Shown here: piece by piece, positions 23,824 to 32,000 of the stretch | How positions within the stretch are numbered: the stretch's first letter is position 1 | Layout of the letters: every line of letters begins with the position of its first letter | Assembly: GCF_037902255.1 (NCBI RefSeq) | Contig: NZ_CP147990.1 | Coordinates: 660,001-692,000, forward strand | Reading direction: 5' to 3' | Source: Candidatus Electrothrix sp. GW3-4 | GTDB taxonomy: Bacteria; Desulfobacterota; Desulfobulbia; Desulfobulbales; Desulfobulbaceae | DNA length: 32,000 nt | The notes under the pieces: model-generated | The model's input: the letters and a program-made list of their open reading frames with translations, nothing else | What the model was told of the DNA's origin: nothing | The model's database searches: none | Position numbers and translations under genes: made by a program

Positions 23824-23940
23824 GAGCAATTTCCGGTCTCGCTCTTTGCCCCGGAAATTGGCACGGCCATGCCTGTCTCTGAGAAACGGCTGAAGGAGCA
23901 ATGGCAGCAGGTGGAGGAGAGTTGTCGGCGGGTGGAGTGA
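23824..23940 (+). pseudogene. Relic of the hrpA 3' end (last 38 codons plus stop), diverged copy
   Basis: Translates EQFPVSLFAPEIGTAMPVSEKRLKEQWQQVEESCRRVE*, compared with the real EEFRISVFAPEIGTAMPVSEKRLKQQWKLVEESCRRVE* (22507-22623). My hand alignment gives about 26 mismatches in 117 nt, many at third codon positions. Confidence 0.85.
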
Positions 23941-24054
23941 GGTTGCCCGTTTGAAAAAAATATCCAGAAACGTGTAGATGTTGATTTGTTTTTTGAAGTA
24001 TTCTGTTAGCTGCTGTTCAATCCGTCTATAATCTCATCAACGATTACATCCATC

Positions 24055-25205
24055 ATGATCAAAAAACTCGTTGTTTCCAATTTCCGCAGTCTTGGTCCTG
24101 ACATTCATTTTGAACCGGGCAAGCTTTCTTTTTTATAGGACCGAACGGATCAGGAAAGTCAAACATTCTTGATGTGCTCTCTTTTGTGAGGGATTCGGTT
24201 ATGCAGGGCCTACCTGCCGCTATCACCCATAGACGTGGTATCGACAGTGTACGGAGACGCAGTCATGGTCGTCCTTTTGATGTACACATAGAATTTCAGC
24301 TTCTTATTGATCAGCAGCATGTAACGTATGAATTTATTATTACCGGTGATCGCCTCGAAGAGTATAGGGTAAAGACAGAAAAGGCGATTATGTACGGACC
24401 GAAGGGCGAGGAAAAGGTCTCATTTATCAGAAATGGTCATGAGTGGGATGGGCCGGAAGGAGTGGCGCCCTTTATGGATGAGCAATCCTTGGCCTTGACG
24501 GCACTGGGAGGAACAAAACAGTTCAAACCCTTGGTTGATTTTCTTTCAGGTCTAACCGTTTATTCTATTTTTCCGGATACCCTTCGGATTCCTCAGCGTT
24601 TTGATTCAAGCCATCCACTTAAAGAGCATGGAGAGAACTGGGTATCTATTTTACGGGAATTGGTGAAAGAAAAGTACGCCAAAGATGATATTGTTACAGG
24701 ATTGAGGAAGCTCACCGGAGATATTGAGGATGTCCGAGTGGCGAGCGCAGCAGGATATCTGATAGCTGAGTTTAAGCAGCAGGTCAAAGGACAAAAGGCG
24801 AAACGTTGGTTTGACGCAGCTCAGCAGTCGGATGGAACGCTTAGGGTTGCAGGATTATTGACGGCCTTGGTGCAAACACCGGCTCTTCCGGTCATCGGTG
24901 TGGAGGAGCCAGAACTTACCGTTCATCCCGGAGCTCTGCCCATGCTCTATGATTATCTGCGGCAGGCCAGCGAGATGTCGCAGGTCTTTGTTACTACGCA
25001 TAGTCCGATAATCCTTGATGTTGTTGATGTTGAAAACGATGTTGTTTTTGTCGTCAATCGGGTGGATGGTAAAACAGATGTAAAAAGGATGGCGGATACC
25101 CAGCTGGAACCCGTTCGCAAGAGCTTGTTGCGATTAGGGGATCTCTTTATGTCAGGTGACTTGCAACTTTCTCTTTTTGACGATGATACCCCCTGGAGGG
25201 AATGA
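24055..25205 (+). CDS. ABC/SMC-type AAA ATPase (AAA_15/AAA_21, OLD-N-terminal-like), interrupted by a -1 frameshift at a T6 run
   Basis: ATG at 24055 gives MIKKLVVSNFRSLGPDIHFEPGKLSFL, then TAG at 24136-24138. The next frame continues from 24135 as IGPNGSGKSNILDVLSFVRDS... (Walker A) and joins the listed ORF 24174..25205. The C-terminus has LPVIGVEEPELTVHPG (Walker B / D-loop) and VTTHSP (H-loop). One extra T in the 24129-24134 run would restore a ~383-aa protein. A perfect TATAAT lies at 24026-24031. Confidence 0.8.
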
Positions 25206-25822
25206 TTGTGGCTGGCAAAAAGGGGTATCTGCTTGTGGAAGGACACGGGGAAGTGGAGGCTGCCCAGAATTTTATTACCCGCCTGAGTCACGATATCGGG
25301 ATATACGACATTCCCTGGAGTAAACCCTTGCGTTGGACCAATCTGCATCAATGGCAAGGGCATAAATCGGGAGGGGTAATGGCAGGTGCTGAATTTATTC
25401 GCACAAAGCCAGATGCTGGGGCATTGTTGATTCTTCGAGATGAGGATAATCAATGTCCCAAGGAGCTTGCGCCGCAGATCGCAAGGCAATTGCGAATGCT
25501 TAAACTTCCCTTTCCAACGGCTTATGTGTTGTTGCATCCAGAATATGAAGTGCTCTTTCTTCCTTGTCTCGAGCAGATGGGGTTTCCGTCTTGGGACAGG
25601 GATTCGTGGGAGGCTCGGCGAGGAATTAAAGAATGGCTTTCCGGGAAGTTGCCCAAAGGACGTTCGTACAAGCCCACTGTGCAGCAGTTTGCTTTAACCC
25701 GGAAACTTGACTTCTCGATGCTGCGAGTAGCAGACGTGCCCTGTTTCGGTAGCTTGGAAAGAGGACTTCGGTTTCTATCAGATCACTCAGGCCAAACCGG
25801 TAAAGTATACCCGGTAGAGTGA
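25202..25822 (+). CDS. DUF4276-like protein with Toprim-like Glu ... DxD arrangement
   Basis: 206 aa, overlapping the ATPase gene by 4 bp (ATGA). LLVEGHGEVEA near the N-terminus and LILRDEDNQCP about 70 residues later match my recollection of DUF4276. They also match the catalytic Glu and DxD layout of Toprim/OLD-type nuclease domains; that part is inference. Confidence 0.65.
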   Translation: MIVAGKKGYLLVEGHGEVEAAQNFITRLSHDIGIYDIPWSKPLRWTNLHQWQGHKSGGVMAGAEFIRTKPDAGALLILRDEDNQCPKELAPQIARQLRMLKLPFPTAYVLLHPEYEVLFLPCLEQMGFPSWDRDSWEARRGIKEWLSGKLPKGRSYKPTVQQFALTRKLDFSMLRVADVPCFGSLERGLRFLSDHSGQTGKVYPVE

Positions 25823-25861
25823 GTCGTTCCCTACACTGCTCGCATAGTGTGTTTTAAACAA

Positions 25862-25892
25862 GCTGAAATGGCAATGGAAGCTGGTGAAGTGA
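25862..25892 (+). other. Second, short relic of the hrpA 3' end
   Basis: GCTGAAATGGCAATGGAAGCTGGTGAAGTGA versus hrpA GCTGAAGCAGCAATGGAAGCTGGTGGAGGAG (22574-22604). The two share a 16-nt exact core, GCAATGGAAGCTGGTG, plus GCTGAA. Confidence 0.55.
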
Positions 25893-25946
25893 GGAATGTC
25901 TCCCTCGGTCCAGCTCTCCTATCCTGTGGGTGTTAGTGGGCGAATC

Positions 25947-26699
25947 TCAGATACTTTCTATCGCGGCAAACTCCGGTTCATGAAGTGGGATGACATAATC
26001 CGCCATGTCCCGAACCTTAAGCATGAGGTCATAGGCGGCATAGGTATCGGTGCTGGTACCCGGCGGAATGACCTCCATCTCCATTGCCTTGACCTGTAAC
26101 GGTGGCTCGAAGTTTTCTCGGATGACGCAAAAGCCGGTGATGGCGGTTTTACCGCGTTCCGTGTCGATGAATACGGTCATGCCGCCCGGTGTATGGGCCG
26201 GGGTGTGCATCACTGAGATGCCTGGAAAAAGCTCCTGATCCGTGCTCACGGTTCTGATCTGTCCGGCCTCGCGGATTTCATAGATAAAGTCCTCCACATA
26301 GCGGTAATCCAGGGGGTGGGGATTATTGATGGTCTCCAGCTCTTTTTCGTGGATATAGAACACCGCATTACTACATTTATAATCGTTTTCGCAATGGTCA
26401 GTATGCAGATGGGTATGGATGACCACGTCAATATCTTCCGGTTTAAGTCCGTATCTCGCTAACCCCTCCTCAAGGGTGTAAATCTTCCCGCCGATGGCCT
26501 TTTCCCGGTCTTCGGAGATGACCGGATGCATTTCACCTGTGTCAATCAGGATCTTTTTTTCACCACCTGCAATATACCAGCTGTAGATCGGGATGGTGTA
26601 AGGTGTGCCGTAGTCATACTGATAGGTCATCATGCCTTTGTCAAAGACCTTGGTGCCCACCACAATGGGGTGAATGGTATATTTGTTCATTGTGTTCAT
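25947..26699 (-). CDS. MBL-fold metallo-hydrolase (N-acyl homoserine lactonase-like family)
   Basis: HTHLHTDHCEN (HxHxDH zinc motif). MNKYTIHPIVVGT...ILIDTG is an N-terminus typical of AiiA-like lactonase-family proteins. I prefer the start at 26699 or 26690 (MNTMNKY) over the track start at 26765. Confidence 0.85.
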   Translation of the reverse strand: MNTMNKYTIHPIVVGTKVFDKGMMTYQYDYGTPYTIPIYSWYIAGGEKKILIDTGEMHPVISEDREKAIGGKIYTLEEGLARYGLKPEDIDVVIHTHLHTDHCENDYKCSNAVFYIHEKELETINNPHPLDYRYVEDFIYEIREAGQIRTVSTDQELFPGISVMHTPAHTPGGMTVFIDTERGKTAITGFCVIRENFEPPLQVKAMEMEVIPPGTSTDTYAAYDLMLKVRDMADYVIPLHEPEFAAIESI

Positions 26700-26887
26700 T
26701 TGGTTTGAAAGAATGGATTTGTAAGTTTGAGTGTCAAGCTTGATATAAAAAAGGATAAAAAGCAAGCGATTAACCGGAAGCGATCTCTTTTTTTGACTGG
26801 GGAGACTATGGGAAAAAGGGAGAACGTGGTATATTATTTGTCAGAAGTCTTCTTCTGATCGTCAACGTCTTCTCTTGAGGTGATATT

Positions 26888-27241
26888 ATGAAGATCGTTT
26901 TTGTCTATAATGCCGACAGCGGCAAGATCAATACGTTGCTTGATATTGGTCATAAGATCCTCCGTCCCGACAGCTATTCCTGCAACCTTTGCTCGTTGAC
27001 CCATGGTGCTTTTAGTGAGAAAGAAGAGTGGCGGAAGTACCGGGAAGCGAGTCAACATGAGCTGGAATTTCTCCATAAGGATGAATTTGTGGAAAAGTAT
27101 AGAGAGGACAAAGAATACACCTATCCTGTTATACTGAAGATGAGTGAGGGTGGGAAGAGCCTGGAGGTGTTGCTGGCGACAGAGGAAATTAATGCCCTGG
27201 CTGGCCTTGAAGAATTAGTGAGTAGGTTGCCCAAGAAATAA
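26888..27241 (+). CDS. Conserved hypothetical small protein (117 aa) with CxxC (CNLCSLTHG)
   Basis: ORF with SD GAGGTGAT, followed by a strong terminator. No family confidently recognised. Confidence 0.6.
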   Translation: MKIVFVYNADSGKINTLLDIGHKILRPDSYSCNLCSLTHGAFSEKEEWRKYREASQHELEFLHKDEFVEKYREDKEYTYPVILKMSEGGKSLEVLLATEEINALAGLEELVSRLPKK

Positions 27242-27300
27242 GAGGCTTCAGGGAAGAGAGCAGGAAGGAAAAACGCACCCTGCTGAGGAATGAAATTGAA

Positions 27301-27337
27301 CACCCGAGGGAGAGGAAACTTTCTCTCGGGTGTTTTT
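27301..27337 (+). terminator. Rho-independent terminator
   Basis: CACCCGAGGGAG...CTCTCGGGTG stem (27301-27332) followed by TTTTT. Confidence 0.8.
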
Positions 27338-27353
27338 ATTCAAGGATGTTTTT

Positions 27354-27388
27354 GTAAAAATACCGGATGACTCCTTGGAGTCATCCGG
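27354..27388 (-). terminator. Rho-independent terminator of acs
   Basis: Perfect 12-bp hairpin CCGGATGACTCC-tt-GGAGTCATCCGG (27363-27388), followed on the minus strand by TATTTTTAC. It lies about 40 nt after the acs stop. Confidence 0.8.
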
Positions 27389-27429
27389 CCAATTTTCATC
27401 CTTTGCTGGCCTTCCCCAGAGGGGTGGGG

Positions 27430-29412
<1,983 letters not shown>

Positions 29413-29993
29413 AATATTCTCTCCTTACAAAAACGAATTGTTGATTTATGGAGCTAAAAATACCATCGTGTCACTTTAAGAGCGATTAGTCAATAGTTTT
29501 ACACGTCGAAAAGAGAAAGCTCTTTGTTTTTTTGGGCAAGAGAAAGATTGTACCCTTCTTTTGAAGGGTTGTTTTTGCTTTAATCCTTTTATTTTAATAG
29601 GTTGAGCTGTTTTTCTCTGGAATTTCTTGCGAGATTGCTCTCATCGGCTTGTAATAAAAACATTTTTTTATGTCAAAGGGATGAAAAAACCCGTTGGAGT
29701 CCATTTCCAAGGGAGAGGTAAGGTGGGGAAGGAGGTGACCCTGTTGTGCCCGAATGGGGTGGGAATGTTTTCAGGAGTGAAATAATAATGTCGCAGAGCT
29801 TTCCTTGATGTCGAGTTCTTTTCTTTTTTGTAGGCCCTATGGTGGCTATTGCCCTCTCGTGGGCTGAGTTTTTCTTTTGCTTCCTCGTTAATCCTTTGAA
29901 AGGATATGAGAAAACGTTGGTTGTTGCAAATGGCATAGTCATTGCATTTAGCTTTAGTGGTGATATCAACTATCCAATAATCTGAGGAGCATC

Positions 29994-31361
29994 ATGGAAG
30001 CAGTCGCTTTAAAAGAACGGGAAAATCAGATTCATGTCAAGGGGGAGGCCCCTTTTAATATTGTCTGCAATAAGGACAGTCTGGCAGGAGCGGTCAGTCA
30101 GCGGGCCTGCGTGTTTTGTGGTTCACGAGTTGTCTTGTACCCCATTGCTGATGCCCTGCATCTGGTGCATGGTCCCATCGGCTGCGCTGTCTATACCTGG
30201 GATATCCGTGGCGCCCTGTCTTCCGGTCCGGAATTGCATCGCCTTTCTTTTTCCACCGATCTCCAGGAGATCGATGTTATCTTTGGCGGGGAAAAGAAAC
30301 TGCGTCGGGCCTTGATGGAGCTCATTGCGCGTCACCAGCCCAAGGCGGCCTTTGTTTATTCCACCTGTATTGTCGGTATTATTGGTGATGACCTTGAGGC
30401 AGTCTGTAAAAGTGTGACCGCTGAAACCGGTGTTACTGTGATTCCTGTACAGTCGGAAGGCTTTAAGGGGAATAAGCGGGCAGGGTATCAGGCAGCCTGT
30501 GATGCCATGTTCCGGCTTATCGGGACCGGAGAAACGGAGGGGATCTCTAAATATTCTCTCAATATCCTGGGGGACTTTAATCTCGCTGGCGAGATCTGGA
30601 TGATTCGTGAATATTATGAAAAGATGGGTATCGAGGTGGTGGCCAATATCACTGGCGATGGTCGTGTGGGCGATATTCGGCGGGCCCATGGTGCCGCTCT
30701 GAATGTAGTGCAGTGTTCCGGTTCAACTATGCAGCTGGCTAATATGATGGAAGATAAATATGGGGCTCCTTCCTTGCGGGTATCCTATTTTGGCATTGAG
30801 GACATGTCCGAGGCCCTGTACGATATTGCTCGATTCTTCCAGGAAAAATATCCCGATGATCCTGAATCCGATCGAATCATGGAGCGGACCAAGGCCCTGG
30901 TCCAGGAAAAGGTGGGTGAGCTGGTCCCGAAATTAGAGAAATACCGCAAGGCCCTGGCCGGGAAAAAGGCTGCTATCTATGTAGGGGGCTCGTTCAAGGC
31001 CTTTTCTCTGGTCAAGGCCTTTCGCCTGGTGGATATGGATGTAGTTATGGTGGGCTCTCAGACCGGTACTGAAGAGGATTATCGGGAGCTGGAGGCCATT
31101 ACAGATCCAGGCACGGTTATTGTCGATGATGCTAACCCCTTGGAGCTGAATAGCTTTTTGAAGGAAAAAGGCGTTGATATCTTTGTCGGCGGAGTCAAGG
31201 AACGACCCATTGCCTATAAATTGGGCATTGGTTTCTGTGATCATAATCATGAGCGTAAGGAGGCCTTGGCTGGCTTTGAGGGCATGCTCAACTTTGCCAA
31301 GGAGGTCTATTCCTCGGTGATGAGTCCGGTCTGGCGCTTTGTCCCCAGGAATCAGGCCTGA
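29994..31361 (+). CDS. nifE: Nitrogenase cofactor scaffold NifE-like protein (NifD/E family)
   Basis: 455 aa. PIADALHLVHGPIGCAVYTWDIRGALSSGPEL, DVIFGGEKKL, FVYSTCIVGIIGDDLEAVC and the C-terminal HNHERKEALAGFEGMLNFAKEV...SPVW align with my recollection of A. vinelandii NifE ([32 protein letters not shown] ... NQEREHAFAGYRG ... SPVW). SD GAGGAG. Confidence 0.75.
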   Translation: MEAVALKERENQIHVKGEAPFNIVCNKDSLAGAVSQRACVFCGSRVVLYPIADALHLVHGPIGCAVYTWDIRGALSSGPELHRLSFSTDLQEIDVIFGGEKKLRRALMELIARHQPKAAFVYSTCIVGIIGDDLEAVCKSVTAETGVTVIPVQSEGFKGNKRAGYQAACDAMFRLIGTGETEGISKYSLNILGDFNLAGEIWMIREYYEKMGIEVVANITGDGRVGDIRRAHGAALNVVQCSGSTMQLANMMEDKYGAPSLRVSYFGIEDMSEALYDIARFFQEKYPDDPESDRIMERTKALVQEKVGELVPKLEKYRKALAGKKAAIYVGGSFKAFSLVKAFRLVDMDVVMVGSQTGTEEDYRELEAITDPGTVIVDDANPLELNSFLKEKGVDIFVGGVKERPIAYKLGIGFCDHNHERKEALAGFEGMLNFAKEVYSSVMSPVWRFVPRNQA

Positions 31362-31865
31362 TATTTTATCTGGTAAATCTTTCGTCTTTTCTCTTTTATT
31401 TAGAAACGTTTTTGTTGGTTCTGATGCGTTTGGCCAACAGCTATACTGGCCGAACGCATGAGTCTGTATTTCCCTCGCTCCTTTTATCTCACCTTGTTTT
31501 TTTCTGTGTCCTCTCTGTCGTCATCCTGCCATTAAGGGGGGATCCTTTGAGGATGTACTTGATTGTGCTCTCTTCTTCTCTTTTTTCGTCTGACCTTTTT
31601 GAACTCCTCAATATTGCAAGAGAAGGGTGGGGGAAGAGAGGGGAACGATTCTGTGCGTTTTGGAATTCATAGTTGCATTTTCGTATAATGTGTAGTTAGT
31701 TCGGTCAGGTTGATTTATTACGTTATTATACTCGAAACATGTGAGTAACGTGCTTTTTCTGTTTGCAGAGAGCAGAAAAATATCATCTTGAGTGAGTTAG
31801 AGTTCTATCGAAGGTGACGGAGCGTTTTTCCGTACTTCGAGTCTAAGTATAAGAAAGAGGAACGA

Positions 31866-32000
31866 ATGACCGTAGCAAAAAAAATGCAGGAGTTTGCCGA
31901 TAACTCGTCCTGGATTCGTAAGATGTTTGAGCGAGGTGCCAGGATGAAGGCAGAATTCGGCGCGGAAAATGTGTTCGATTTCAGTCTCGGCAATCCGGAT
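31866..32000 (+). CDS. Class I/II PLP-dependent aminotransferase, 5' end (runs off right edge)
   Basis: Not in the ORF track because no stop lies in the window. ATG at 31866 with SD AAGAGGAAC. Translation MTVAKKMQEFADNSSWIRKMFERGARMKAEFGAENVFDFSLGNPD; the SSWIRKMFE...VFDFSLGNPD N-terminus is typical of aspartate/alanine aminotransferase-family enzymes. Confidence 0.7.
   Translation, partial: MTVAKKMQEFADNSSWIRKMFERGARMKAEFGAENVFDFSLGNPD

Noticed and set aside
29673-29969. 98-aa minus-strand ORF between acs and nifE
   Set aside because: It has no SD and odd composition, and it overlaps the likely nifE promoter region. No family resemblance.
31412-31672. 86-aa plus-strand ORF downstream of nifE
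   Set aside because: The translation is low-complexity and Leu/Ser/Phe-rich from a T-rich region. It does not resemble NifN and has no SD.

Overview
Mosaic accessory region of a bacterial chromosome. The gene content (acs, nifE-like, two-CW, radical SAM) suggests an anaerobe, possibly Desulfobacterota-like, but that is inference only. Left third (1-11 kb, visibly AT-richer): the 5' part of a NERD-helicase gene running off the edge, a secreted multi-blade beta-propeller repeat protein, and a nested pair of IS4-superfamily insertion sequences (an intact copy inserted into a second copy, both with 5-bp target duplications). It also holds a 19-repeat/18-spacer CRISPR array with no cas genes in the window, and small sensor-like genes (CZB domain, two-CW cysteine-rich). 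Middle (11-22.6 kb, visibly GC-richer): hypothetical genes, an HU-like/DUF4469-type gene with a decayed paralog, and an exact 5 x 23-bp palindromic iteron array. It also holds a UPF0175/DUF3368 (PIN-like) TA pair, an NB-ARC/TPR STAND NTPase, a DUF6516 (TumE-like) two-gene module, and full-length DEAH helicase hrpA carrying in-frame REP-like palindromes. Right (22.6-32 kb): an HpnH-like radical SAM gene and a frameshifted ABC-type ATPase plus DUF4276 (Toprim-like) pair, followed by an MBL lactonase-like gene, acs, a lone nifE-like gene and the 5' end of an aminotransferase. The main result is that hrpA is bracketed by diverged copies of its own promoter/5' end and of its 3' end. These relics delimit three small, defence-like cassettes, and no recombinase is visible nearby. 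The split ATPase + Toprim-like pair is the best candidate for an uncharacterised system.
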